From an uncultured Verrucomicrobiae bacterium (lineage in GTDB: Bacteria; Verrucomicrobiota; Verrucomicrobiia; Chthoniobacterales; Chthoniobacteraceae): 64,000 nt of DNA. The translations under genes were made by a program, and so were the position numbers. Below are positions 9,684 to 20,294 of this stretch, one piece after another. The stretch spans positions 800,001 through 864,000 of the forward strand of contig CAWIKF010000002.1 in assembly GCA_963836755.1 (NCBI GenBank), written 5' to 3'. Below the pieces are notes generated by a model that saw only the letters and a list, made by a program, of their open reading frames with translations, was not told where the DNA came from and did not search any database. Position 1 is the first letter of the stretch. Each line of letters opens with the position of its first letter.

Positions 9684-12600
9684 CTACTCTTTCAATCTCT
9701 TCAAAGAACCTGCCAGCACCTTTGAAATAACCGCCGTGCGATCCGTTTTTGCGGCTTGACCGACGGCATTGTAGTTCACTTTCACTTTGTAACCCAGCAC
9801 CGTCGTTTCTTTGCTGGCGTGTTGCGCTTCCAAGCTCTCCACAAAAGCAAACAGACCGTCAGGTGTGACAAACCGTGTCCTTTCAAGTTCCACCGCCGCG
9901 AGTATCGAGCGCATCGTTTTCTCCGCTCTCGCAAGTTTCTTTACATCCGGTGCAACGACGGCCACGAAATCAAATCCCGCCGCGATACATTTCCGCACAT
10001 TGCCGATTTCATGCTCAACCGGCGTCGTCACCGTAATTTCACAGGCCAGCTTCCGACCTTTCTTTTCGAGCGCCACGTCCACAAGCCCCGCACCATCGAG
10101 CACCGTTTTTTCAACAGTGGCGATATATCCCATGCCTTGCCCCCATTGCCGGATCAATTGTTGCAAATGTTTGTGCTCTAGCCCGCCCTTGCCCGGTGCA
10201 ACGGTTCGCCGAAGGGAACTATCTTGTTTTGTTTTCTCAGGAGCAGGATGCGGCGTCTCTTCCGTTTGCAGAACAGCAGGAGATTTTTCCGCAACGGGTG
10301 GCGGGACCGGCTCTTCTTCAGATACGGCCGGAGCGTTAACGACTTGATCTAATTCAGGTGCCGGGGAGAAACCACGGGTCTTGAAGCAGCCAGGATTTTT
10401 TCGATTTCTTCTCGCGGCAGCGCATATTTCGCACGGGAAATGTCTGTGATGCGCGCTGCGTTCACTCCCCCATTTTCATCATCACTCTCACGCAGCGGAA
10501 GCGTTTCGAGATTAAAATCGAAGTCAGCCCGCTCCATGCGGCAAATGGCTTGCCCTGTCGAAAGGCTTTGAAGCTCCTTGCAGTCAAAATCCGAAAAGCC
10601 CGATTCCAATTTCCGGGCATCTTGATCGCCGACCCGAAAACAAATCCAAGTGTATGGATTGGAAATGACTGCCGAGAACAACTCCCCATCGCCACGTTCC
10701 AACTGACGAAGCTCTTGATGTGCCAGTGTCAAACCCAGGGCGTATTTCCTCGCACCGGACAAAAGCGACACCATTGATGGAGTTGTAAAATTATGGAATT
10801 CGTCAATGTAGAGGAAAAAAGGGCGACGATCTTTTTGCAAAAGCGACTGCCGACTCATCGCCGCCTGATGAAATTTTGAAACCAGCAGGCTCCCCAATAA
10901 GAAGGAATTTTCTTCACCAATCAGCCCTTGCGAAAGTTTTGCCAGAAGGATTTTTCCCTCTGCCATCATGCCCGCAAAGTCCATGCGATCATCTTTTTGG
11001 GCGACCATGTAGCGGATCGTTTTGGTCCGAAGGAAGGAATCGAGGCGAGTAAGCACCGAGGCAACCGGAGCGCCTTTGAGCATCGGAAAATGATGCTGCC
11101 AATAATAGACGATTTCAGGATCGGAAACCGATTTTAGAAATTCATTGCGAAATCCCGTTTCGAGCAGGAACCGGCGCAGATCAAGAAGTGTCCCTCCGCG
11201 TTGGCTTTCCAAAAATGCCAGGATCGCGTTACCAAGCACCGATGACATTTGATCGCCCCAACTTGTGGCAAGGCGTTTAAAGACAGCGACCAAATCCGAA
11301 GCCAGAAGATTTTTTTCCAAGTCACCATGCGCTTTGAGGATGTTGAAGCCTATGGAAAATTGTTCATCCGAAGGATCGAAGACGACGACATCATCAATGC
11401 GATTCTCCGGTATCGGTGCGAGCACCGCGTCGGATAGATCGCCATGCGGATCAAGCAATGCGATTCCCTCTCCATTTTCCATGTCTTGGAGAATCAGGTT
11501 GAGCATGAGCGTTGACTTGCCCGTTCCCGATGCCCCGATGATATGGCTATGGCGCAAACGCTCACCTATATTTACACGCACTTCGCGCCGTGCTCCATTG
11601 TGGATATTGAAACCCAAGAGCACGCCATCATTTTGAGCAATCGACGGAACAACTTTCGTCTTTTGTGTCTGGCGTTCCAGCTTGCGGCTTTGAAGGTGCG
11701 ACGCTGGCAAATGGGCCAAGGCAATCAATTCATCGAGATTCAAAATCATCCCACTTCGCCGTGTTGCGCGATAGACGACTGCCAATTCCCTCTCCCCTTT
11801 TTCAACCTCTTCATTTTCGAGCGGGATCAATTCATTCCCGGAAGGATTGGAAAACACCGACAACGCCCCGGTGAAGCTGCGCGCAATATCAAGAACCCGC
11901 CAGCGCTCCATAGCCTTTACTCCAACTCGCGCAACGGCGGCAAAAAGAGGTTTAGAAATTTTTGCGCGAGCTTGGGCTAGAAAATCTGGGTGACTGTCAA
12001 AAAGTGGCGATCCGTCAGGCAATGTCACCACCCGAACAACACTCCGCCCCACGGTTCACGAACTGGTTGAAGTATGACTTGATACACAGCCACTTCATTT
12101 TCTTGCAGTCCTTCCATCACGCCATAAAGACCTGTGAGCGGATCAGGACTCAAATTGCGCGGCATCAAAAGCGGAAGCATGAATTCCCTCGAAAGACCAA
12201 AATCAACGACTAAGCTTTCGTCAGACGAAACACTCTGCCACGCCTCATTCAAGCAGCCTTCGGCTTTTACAATCAGAATGCCAGGAAGCTGAATACGAAG
12301 CTGCTGTAATACGTTGGATTCATCGACTTCACTGACGGCGAATTGCACAGAAATCGAATTGGCGGTGCCGATAATTTCAAAAGACACAATGCCCCGCACC
12401 AATGATAGGGACACAAATAATTGTGTAAGTGTGTCTTTTGAAATGTCCGCCGACTGAGGCAAAATTATGCGAAGCTCACACCAATCTCTAGTCGGTTCGA
12501 TTTGGGTAGGTTCGCATTCTTCCGGCATTTCTTCCGGCTCGAAATTATCCGGTTCAACAGTTTTAGGTTTGAAACTTTCAACTACATTTTTTGCCAAGCT

Positions 12601-12768
12601 GCTAAAGAATGTTGGCTTTCTTCCATCGTCCACCGGCTTCGATCTAATGTAGTGACCACGAAACGGAACAAAAGCCGGTTCCGGTGTGATATACATCGGC
12701 CAAACATCCCACCCGCGCCCGCGTCGTTCCCATTCGTAAAAACTGCGAATGAGATCGTCGGCGATCAT
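9684..12768 (-). CDS. Large coupling-protein/HerA-like (VirD4/TraG-type) ATPase with C-terminal PD-(D/E)XK-like domain, split by two frameshifts
   Basis: Pieces 12025..12768, 10349..12052 (RHSHIIGASGTGKST, LLDPHGDL, LYIDEFHNF, SGARKYALGLTLAHQ) and 9684..~10350 (Pro-rich linker, GKGGLEHKHLQ, VDVALE...ACEI). Confidence 0.8.
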
Positions 12769-12787
12769 GGAGAATTACGATAAGCGA

Positions 12788-13375
12788 TCAGCGAAACAAT
12801 TCGTGCATCACTGGCTTTCGTTCCGATTCCGAAAGTGGCGCAAGCCCCGCTGCTTTCGTCATTTGATCGATGGATTCCATCAGCGATTGATGCACCACTG
12901 TATGAAACATTAGCCCGGTATCGATTTTATAAAACGTCATCTTGTGAGCGTTTAGGAAAAAATATACTCCGGCAATCGCAGCACCGAAACTAAGCAGTAA
13001 CCCAAAAAAACCGAACATCTTGAGAAAGAGATAAGCAACAAATAGAAAGCCAAGGATACCGAGAGGAATCACGAGCAACCAATTGATACCCTTTGGAGTT
13101 ATCAAGCGGGAGGACACGAAAAAGCCGTTGCCATAGGGTGCAGCGCAAACATAGAAATCGTAATCGCGACGGTTGATCCTTAGATATTCTCGTTTGTCTG
13201 AAAATGTTCCGCCCTCGTGCCAATCCACCCGCGATGCTTGAAAATCAGTCACCTCGCGACTTTTGATGCAATTCTCGATCAGGGCATACAATTCCGACGG
13301 CGTTACGCTAATCCCCTCAAAAAGTTTTGCCCAATGGGAAACGACTAAGGAGTTGTCCGGTTGTGGCTCCGACAT
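12788..13375 (-). CDS. Hypothetical membrane protein
   Basis: 195 aa with two adjacent hydrophobic segments; ends 19 bp before the ATPase start. Confidence 0.75.
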   Translation of the reverse strand: MSEPQPDNSLVVSHWAKLFEGISVTPSELYALIENCIKSREVTDFQASRVDWHEGGTFSDKREYLRINRRDYDFYVCAAPYGNGFFVSSRLITPKGINWLLVIPLGILGFLFVAYLFLKMFGFFGLLLSFGAAIAGVYFFLNAHKMTFYKIDTGLMFHTVVHQSLMESIDQMTKAAGLAPLSESERKPVMHELFR

Positions 13376-13430
13376 AGGCCGGGACGTTTAAGAAAAACTG
13401 TTACGTGCGGCAAGTCCGAAAAATTGCCGA

Positions 13431-14090
13431 TTATACTTCGTTGGCAGAGGTGACAACGTCGAAATCAACTTCCAATGTTTCAAAATGTTTGCGACCGCAG
13501 CGGATTTTTTCTGCCTCAATGTTCCGCAGCTTTTCAAAATCCTTGGTGCCTTTTGTTTCGCGAACAAGATACAGCACCGTGTCATCGTCCTTGAGGATCG
13601 CCCAATCAGGGTTGTAAGTGCCAAGTGGCGTTTCGATCTTGAACCAATCCGGCAGCTTTACGAAGAGCTTCACATCTTGCCGTTGTCTAACTTTTCCGCG
13701 AACTCCCGCTCGACTTCCGAATCATACACCACGGCGTCATAGACGCTCTTTTTGACTTCGAGCCGGGTTGTTTAAATAGCTGACGATCTCTTTTTCCTCG
13801 AAAAGCCTCATGCTATATTCCTCGCCTGCTACCCGCTCATATTTGATTCCGTCAATCATCAGCTTGTGTAGTTGCAGCTTGAGAATGGCCGCGCCCGCAT
13901 CCATGAATTTTTGCGGATTCGATAGGAATTCCGCCAAGCGATTCGACTCTTTTAAAATGCGGACAATGGTTGACCGTGTGAGTTCCGTTTCCGCCTGCAA
14001 ATAGGCTATGACATCGGGCACGGGGCCGCGAAACACAACCGTCTCGCCACTTTCCCGAATCACCTCCGTCTTAATACCAGCTACGTTTTT
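13431..14090 (-). pseudogene. C-terminal remnant of a Type III restriction Res subunit (nuclease end)
   Basis: PDVIAYLQAETELTRSTI...NPQKF, KSVYDAVVYDSEVEREFA and KLPDWFKIETPLGTYNPDWAI...LVRETKG fall in three frames; no helicase motifs are present. Confidence 0.8.
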
Positions 14091-16576
14091 CGAGTGTCGA
14101 TGTCCACCCATTCAGTCTCGTGTTTCGCTTCAGCGACTCCATTTGATTCCACTTGCTGCGTAGCAAGCCGACCGGCGTATCTGAGTTGTTCAAGCCTCGT
14201 TTTGAATGCCGGATAATCTTGCACCAAGGAGAGAAGCTCTTCGCCGAGGTGAAACTCACGACGCAATGCACGCACGACAGCCCTCGCGGCCTCGCTTTCC
14301 AAGGTATCGTCAAGAGCATCCTCAATATCCTGCAAAAACAATGCCGCCTGCTCGCGCGTAACCTGATCTGGATGATCTTGTATAAACCCCTTTTTCAAAC
14401 GTTCAACTTTGTGAGTAACACGATCGGCGCTTAATTCCTTTTCGGCCCGATGCTGCATTTCACGTAATTTGCGAAAGAGCACTTTCATGTTTTGCTCGAA
14501 CTGAACGATGTCGTCAGGAATTCCGTTTATCGAACCATCGGATTCGATTGTCGGTAACTCATCCATGACCGCTCTCACAAAACCAGTCTTGTTGATGTGC
14601 AGGCCTTCACCAAGTGACTCTGTGCATTTTTTTAGAGCATCATAAATTGATTTCCCCGCCTCAAATTTACTACTAACCGCATCTGCGGTAATCGAGTTAA
14701 TCACAGATTGCTCCGCTCCCCAAAACTCAGTTGCATACCTGCGTGCAGCTCTAATACAAAGTGAGAGTGGGATTAGGTCTTCGATTTCAACAGGATCACT
14801 CTTGATCGTGATCTTGCCGCCTTGGTCGGAAAGCGGAAGTTTGCCGATCTGCAAAACGTATTCGTGCTTTAGAAGTTCCTTGTGCCGAGGTCCACCGCGC
14901 TCAATATCTTTCCGCGCCGCATCTCCTGCCGTGTCGCTGTCTAGTAAAACAATCACGGACGGGCGCTCAACATCGCGACCGCGAGCGAGGTAAACAAGGT
15001 AAGGGATTTGTGGTGCCGATCCCGCTGGCACAATTGTAAGACGGTTGAGGTCCAGAGTTTCGGTTTCTGCTACACAACGAGCACGTAAATAGGTGGCAAT
15101 CCCGGCAAGGAGAATTTGATCAGATGGACCTTCTACCATGAGATTGCAATTTCCGATGAAGGTAGTTTCGCCAACGAATGCACCGAAAGCCGAACGCAGC
15201 GGTTCATAGTGATTGCGCGCAACGTCGCGCACAACGCGTGTCCCTTCTTCACCGCCGCCTTTCTCAAGAACGCAGATGCGATCGGCATGATTCTTGTCGA
15301 TTAGAAACGGCGAGTGAGTCACATAAATCACCTGCACGGGTTTGCGTGAAATGTCATCAGGAGAAGCATAGGCAGCAAAAACCTTTAGCAGGTCCTGCTG
15401 TGCTTGACTCGAAAGGTAGGCGTCCGGCTCGTCCATCAATAGAATCTCGGTTTCGGGTCCTTTAGATTCGTGTGCGAGGTATTGTATGTAATACGAAAGG
15501 AAAAATTTGAGGCCGCTGCTCCTTTCCTTGAAGGAGTATTGTGTCCCCGTCCGATCACGAATTGTGAACACGAGATCGTATTCGCGAGGTGAAACGATGA
15601 GGTTAAAATCGCGATCCTGAACCCAAAAACGAGGAAAATTCAGTCGTGCGGCGAGGGCGGCATTGATCTTTTCAATGATGCCATTCGCATGCCCGTCATT
15701 GCCATCGCGGATCGCGGTTTGTAATTGTTCTAACGCCTTGGGGTCAATGCGAGCAACCTTTAAAATCAGATCCCTGGCAAGATTGATCTGCGCTACCTTT
15801 GATTCTCGATCCTTTTGGGAAGGTTGATCAGTCGGCGTTGTAAGCAACTTCGCAATCGGCTCCATCGCGGGAAAAATCTGAGGAGCGGATTGTTGGAAAG
15901 TCTGTGCGCTCTGGAGACCGGGGAGATGACCAGCTAGTCCGCGAACCGCATCTAATAAAGCAAAACGCCCGCGGCGTCCCGTTGATGGTGAACCAGATAC
16001 CTGATCCGGGCCGGTGATTAACTCGCGAATCGAAACACTCTCAGGGAGAGCGATCTCAGAATTGATGCGAAAGGTGCGTGGCAAGAATTCTTTTAACGAA
16101 TCAGATGGAACTGGGTGCCGCGTATATCCGTTCGGGCTGGTAAGGTAAATTGTCGTTTCGTTGCCATTAGTGCGAAAAAATAAGAATCGATCGATTGTCG
16201 CTCCGGCTGCCGTCTTGCATAATTCGCGAATCTTCGCCTGTTCCGTTTCGTTCAAACCAACCCACTCTAAGCCAAAATCGGGAGTGCGAATTTTGCCGGC
16301 AACCACGGCAAAAAACTGAGAGTATCGACAGAAATCCTCACTTTCAATGCCTGATCCCGCCACCCCTTTTTCGATGGCGGACAATAAGTGCGATTTACCA
16401 GACTCATTCGCTCCGACAATAGTGGTCACCTTTGCATAGATAGGGACACGAACAAAGGGGTAGAATGCATTGTCTATAATGTCCCACGGTAGGGGTTTCG
16501 CATCCGCGTGATTCTTACGGAGATAATCAAAGTTGAACGACTTGTAGAATCGAATGAAGACATTCTTTAGGTGCAT
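14081..16576 (-). CDS. OLD-family ABC ATPase-TOPRIM protein
   Basis: IVGANESGKS Walker A, RSSGLK signature, LLMDEPDAYL Walker B, THSPF H-loop, TOPRIM VEGPSD and LLDSD. Confidence 0.85.
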   Translation of the reverse strand: MHLKNVFIRFYKSFNFDYLRKNHADAKPLPWDIIDNAFYPFVRVPIYAKVTTIVGANESGKSHLLSAIEKGVAGSGIESEDFCRYSQFFAVVAGKIRTPDFGLEWVGLNETEQAKIRELCKTAAGATIDRFLFFRTNGNETTIYLTSPNGYTRHPVPSDSLKEFLPRTFRINSEIALPESVSIRELITGPDQVSGSPSTGRRGRFALLDAVRGLAGHLPGLQSAQTFQQSAPQIFPAMEPIAKLLTTPTDQPSQKDRESKVAQINLARDLILKVARIDPKALEQLQTAIRDGNDGHANGIIEKINAALAARLNFPRFWVQDRDFNLIVSPREYDLVFTIRDRTGTQYSFKERSSGLKFFLSYYIQYLAHESKGPETEILLMDEPDAYLSSQAQQDLLKVFAAYASPDDISRKPVQVIYVTHSPFLIDKNHADRICVLEKGGGEEGTRVVRDVARNHYEPLRSAFGAFVGETTFIGNCNLMVEGPSDQILLAGIATYLRARCVAETETLDLNRLTIVPAGSAPQIPYLVYLARGRDVERPSVIVLLDSDTAGDAARKDIERGGPRHKELLKHEYVLQIGKLPLSDQGGKITIKSDPVEIEDLIPLSLCIRAARRYATEFWGAEQSVINSITADAVSSKFEAGKSIYDALKKCTESLGEGLHINKTGFVRAVMDELPTIESDGSINGIPDDIVQFEQNMKVLFRKLREMQHRAEKELSADRVTHKVERLKKGFIQDHPDQVTREQAALFLQDIEDALDDTLESEAARAVVRALRREFHLGEELLSLVQDYPAFKTRLEQLRYAGRLATQQVESNGVAEAKHETEWVDIDTRKT

Positions 16577-16597
16577 AACACTCTTTATATTTGTGGC

Positions 16598-18187
16598 CTA
16601 GTTGTTGATGTTAAACTCAATCTGCTTATTGGTGTTTCTTTTGATTGGCAGAAGACTGTTCTCTATAAGTTTTCTTACCTCATCAATCCCCTCAATTGAT
16701 GTCAAAGGCACATTCGCTAACTCTTTTGGTTCAAGTTTGTAAAGGCCTCCGCCGTAGACACGTCCGGCTAACTTCAACTCCTCGATTGTAATTGATTGTA
16801 ATGCCTTCCAGCAAGCTTCGGCTACGCGTGCTTCCTTCGCTATCAACTCGCCTAGTGAATGTCTAGGATAAAGTAGTAGATATGTATTAGCTGCGGTTGC
16901 TAGAGAATGATTGCGAATAAATCGAAAAAGGCGACCATTCTTGGCTCGACTTATGTATGTGCAGATAAACGGAGCTGGCTCCCTCCGCTCCTGCCAATAC
17001 CATTGCTTGCGTGAGCGACATAAGTAACCTTGGTGAACGCTTCCCTTTTTCCCTTTCTCTAAATATTCCCACAAGCTTGGATGGCTCCTTTTGATTTCTG
17101 ATTCTGACAGCTGGCAATCAAGTAAATACAGGTGTTCAATAAGAGTCGGCTCGCCTAAATCATTAGAAAAAACTTCGTCTATTTTCAGATTCCTTGCACT
17201 CGGCAAAATTGGGCGAAGAAATTCCCGAGGAATATTGTGCTGCCGAACCTTGTCTTCAGAAAGGACAAAAAACTCATTGCCTCCAGTGGCAATTCCTCTC
17301 TTTATCGAAAAAATATCGCCGATCCGAAGTTGGCCTCCATCTACTATTCCTTTGGTTGCTCGCGACACTGACCATTTCGAAAGGTTTTTGAGTTGAGCAT
17401 TGGTCAATCTAGTCCTCGTCGTCGGTTTCAGAAGCGTTCCCCCCTCAGTAAAAATGCTCTCATGTTGAGGGGTAGGTGTGCTATTGCGAAAAATAATTAC
17501 TGCTGAGGACACTAATGCCCCGGCAAACTGAACGTCTTCGGAATTGAATCGGTGAATGGATATAAGCTCTACTTTACTTAATAAATAATCGCGGACAACA
17601 CGTCCGTAATTGACATCCAAAAACTCGGTGGGAATTAACCAAACGCTTATAGCTCCCGGCGCTAACCATTGATGACTGAGCAGCAAAAAGTATACATATA
17701 ACCCGGATAGTCCGCTTAAAGAAAATCCATGCCGTCTAGCTTCAGCTTTGAGACGTAATTTATCATCTCCCGAGATGTGATGGTGGCGAACATACGGGGG
17801 ATTACAAATAAGGAGTGTCGCCTTATCCTTGTCGAGTGCCGGTGGCTTGAGCGCCGTAAAATCAGCGCGAATAATATCGAGCTTTGATTTCCCCCAGAGA
17901 TTTTTCGCAGCGGTCCATATCTCGTCATCAATCTCAACTCCAATCGCCGTTTTGATCTTCGACGGTCCAATGAGATTCAAGAGAGCGGAAAAAAATGACC
18001 CCGTTCCAAATCCTGGCTCCATAAAGCGAATTGGGAAATTTTTTGGGAGGTGCCTTAGCGCAGCAGAAACGATGTCGTCGGCAAGAAGGGCTGGTGTTGC
18101 AAACTGACCAAGCTTATTTCTCTCAGCCTGGTCTTTATGTTCAATCTCTAACGCAAGATTAATTCTAGAGACTTCAAGTGTTTTCAT
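16598..18187 (-). CDS. Adenine DNA methyltransferase (gamma class), partner of the XamI-like REase
   Basis: GQFATP, MEPGFGTGSF, CNPPYVRHH, GRVYGGGLYKLEPKE; overlaps the REase stop by 4 bp. Confidence 0.9.
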   Translation of the reverse strand: MKTLEVSRINLALEIEHKDQAERNKLGQFATPALLADDIVSAALRHLPKNFPIRFMEPGFGTGSFFSALLNLIGPSKIKTAIGVEIDDEIWTAAKNLWGKSKLDIIRADFTALKPPALDKDKATLLICNPPYVRHHHISGDDKLRLKAEARRHGFSLSGLSGLYVYFLLLSHQWLAPGAISVWLIPTEFLDVNYGRVVRDYLLSKVELISIHRFNSEDVQFAGALVSSAVIIFRNSTPTPQHESIFTEGGTLLKPTTRTRLTNAQLKNLSKWSVSRATKGIVDGGQLRIGDIFSIKRGIATGGNEFFVLSEDKVRQHNIPREFLRPILPSARNLKIDEVFSNDLGEPTLIEHLYLLDCQLSESEIKRSHPSLWEYLEKGKKGSVHQGYLCRSRKQWYWQERREPAPFICTYISRAKNGRLFRFIRNHSLATAANTYLLLYPRHSLGELIAKEARVAEACWKALQSITIEELKLAGRVYGGGLYKLEPKELANVPLTSIEGIDEVRKLIENSLLPIKRNTNKQIEFNINN

Positions 18188-19209
18188 ATTCCGAATTGAC
18201 TTAAATCGTCAACGCGATGCTCCCAAACCCAGTCGAGGCCTTCTGCTGCCTCGTAACCCAAATATCCAGGATCAAAATATCCACATAAAAATAAAATGAA
18301 ACGCAACTCTCGACCATACATTGTCTTTAGTTGCCTAATCTTTGTCGCCTCTTCTTTTCGTCGCTTGTTCGGGTTCGTAAAATCTCCAGCAGATTTAGCT
18401 TCTATTAGCAGCGGCATGCTTCCTACAACAGCATCCTTTGGCATCACAACCATATCTATCGGAATTTTTACCGAATTTCCTCTCTGTTCGGATTCTAGGT
18501 TCAACGCGGGAACCTCGACAGATTCTTCCTCCAAACCAGAAAGTCCTGCAAGTTCCACCCGCACAGGGACGTTCATCCGAATCGAAAAGGTTCCAGGCCT
18601 CATATTCATGAAAGACGATCCCTTCACAGAAATATGTGGCTCGTAATCTCTCGCTTTCAGCCATTCGCTCAAGACTTTCAATTGACGCTCTTCTTGAGCA
18701 TTTCGAATCAGAGGGTCAGAGATCGAGCCGCACAGGCGATCCGCAACAATTGTGGAAGCTCTCAATACCTGTTGTTCAGTTGGAATTCCAACTTCCGTCA
18801 GCCAAGTAAACAAATCTTCATCCAAAAGGCGTGCGATTATTTTCGAAATCTTGCCTAGTTCCAAGTCCAACACCGCCGATGTCATGCGTATGGGCACCTT
18901 TCCTTCCTCAAGAGTCTTGATCAGTGACTTTCCTACCCCCGCTAAACCAGACAGTCTATCGCGTGCAATTGGCGGAGCCGTTGCCATTCTTAGCATAGGG
19001 ATTACACCTGGCTGCTGCTTCAATAGAGTGACAGAAATGTCCCTTAACAAATCAGTCGCCTGAATTGCCTGGCGAACTTCTTCAGTAACTCGCACCCGCG
19101 TTGATCGGAATGTTGAGGGAGCGAACTGTAAAAACCACTCATTGTAATGATCGACCGACGTTTCAACGTCGCTCTTCCAAAGATGCGGTTTGTCTGCGTT
19201 TATTGCCAT
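18184..19209 (-). CDS. XamI-family Type II restriction endonuclease
   Basis: PPIARDRL, DPLIRNAQEERQL, IEAKSAGDFTNPNKRRKEEA, YLGYEAAEGLDWVWEHR; family recognised from memory. Confidence 0.85.
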   Translation of the reverse strand: MAINADKPHLWKSDVETSVDHYNEWFLQFAPSTFRSTRVRVTEEVRQAIQATDLLRDISVTLLKQQPGVIPMLRMATAPPIARDRLSGLAGVGKSLIKTLEEGKVPIRMTSAVLDLELGKISKIIARLLDEDLFTWLTEVGIPTEQQVLRASTIVADRLCGSISDPLIRNAQEERQLKVLSEWLKARDYEPHISVKGSSFMNMRPGTFSIRMNVPVRVELAGLSGLEEESVEVPALNLESEQRGNSVKIPIDMVVMPKDAVVGSMPLLIEAKSAGDFTNPNKRRKEEATKIRQLKTMYGRELRFILFLCGYFDPGYLGYEAAEGLDWVWEHRVDDLSQFGI

Positions 19210-19270
19210 TTGCTTTTATTGTATCAATCAAAACTTTTGTTGTTGACATGCCGTAAGATCAGTTAAAGTA

Positions 19271-19303
19271 AAGCCCTCTCGCATTCGCGAGAGGGCTTGT
19301 TTT
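19271..19303. terminator. Intrinsic terminator after ardC, likely bidirectional
   Basis: AAGCCCTCTCGC-ATTC-GCGAGAGGGCTT perfect 12-bp stem with T/A-rich flanks. Confidence 0.8.
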
Positions 19304-20215
19304 TTACGCAACCGCAGGTTCAGCAACAGCTTCGACCGCAGGCGTGCGATTCATGATGAAGTCGGCAGCTTTCCCCGCTTGATTTGCAGCACGAACTATC
19401 CACCGCCGATGGTTTTTTTCTTTGAGAGCACTGAGCCAGCCTTTGAGATAAGCGGCAGACTGCTCGTGATCGTCGCGAACAATGTCCGCTTCCATTCCGA
19501 GAAAAGCCGCTCCCATTTCCGCTACAAGTTCCTCTTCGGAATACACTTTGCCGCCAAAGCCGTCATTTTCAATCAGGCTTTTTCGATTCAGACGTGATTC
19601 GTGACCGCTTGAATGCACAAGTTCATGGAAGAGTGTTGTGTAAAAATCTTCCAATGAATCGAAGGTTGTCCGACTTGGCATGTCCACCGAGTCAGTAGCA
19701 CGCCGATAGCATGCCTCTGTTCGGATACCCTCACGAATTTGAGGGGGTAACGGCATTTCACCTACGATGCTTTCCGCCTTCGCAATTCGCACATCTGCCT
19801 CACTGTGCTGGATACTTGGAACCGCCGGGAAATCAATGTCCTTAATTTGAAGTGCATTGAACACCTTGTAACCCTTGAGGTAATAGCTCTTCCTTTCCTC
19901 ATCGTCTGCGCTGCCGTTGACGGCTGCTTTCTTAAAGGTGCCGTATTTGACGACGATTGAACCATGCTCATCCTTGAGCACACTTCCGCCGCGCATCTTC
20001 ACTTGGTTGAAGGTCATCCAATATGGCGATGCAAAACGCCGACAACTTAGCAGAATCACGTTGACACCGTGATATTCCTGTCCGGTGTGGAAATTGCGAG
20101 GCCGCCCAATGTCTCGCCGCCAGGGACGACGCCACGGAACGTCTCCTTTTTCTAACTGCTCAATGATTGTATCAGTAACCAGTTTGTATGGATCAATGAA
20201 CTGCTTTTTATTCAT
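19304..20215 (-). CDS. ardC: ArdC-family antirestriction / ssDNA-binding protein
   Basis: VPWRRPW, YHGVNVILL, YWMTFNQ, VFNALQI, zincin LFHELVHSSGH, YSEEELVAEMGAAFL, SAAYLKGWL. Confidence 0.9.
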   Translation of the reverse strand: MNKKQFIDPYKLVTDTIIEQLEKGDVPWRRPWRRDIGRPRNFHTGQEYHGVNVILLSCRRFASPYWMTFNQVKMRGGSVLKDEHGSIVVKYGTFKKAAVNGSADDEERKSYYLKGYKVFNALQIKDIDFPAVPSIQHSEADVRIAKAESIVGEMPLPPQIREGIRTEACYRRATDSVDMPSRTTFDSLEDFYTTLFHELVHSSGHESRLNRKSLIENDGFGGKVYSEEELVAEMGAAFLGMEADIVRDDHEQSAAYLKGWLSALKEKNHRRWIVRAANQAGKAADFIMNRTPAVEAVAEPAVA

Positions 20216-20294
20216 TTAAAGAACTCCTCTCTGTATGTGATTGTCACTAGAAGCCCGCCTCACCATGAGATGGACTTCTCAGTAACAACCACAG

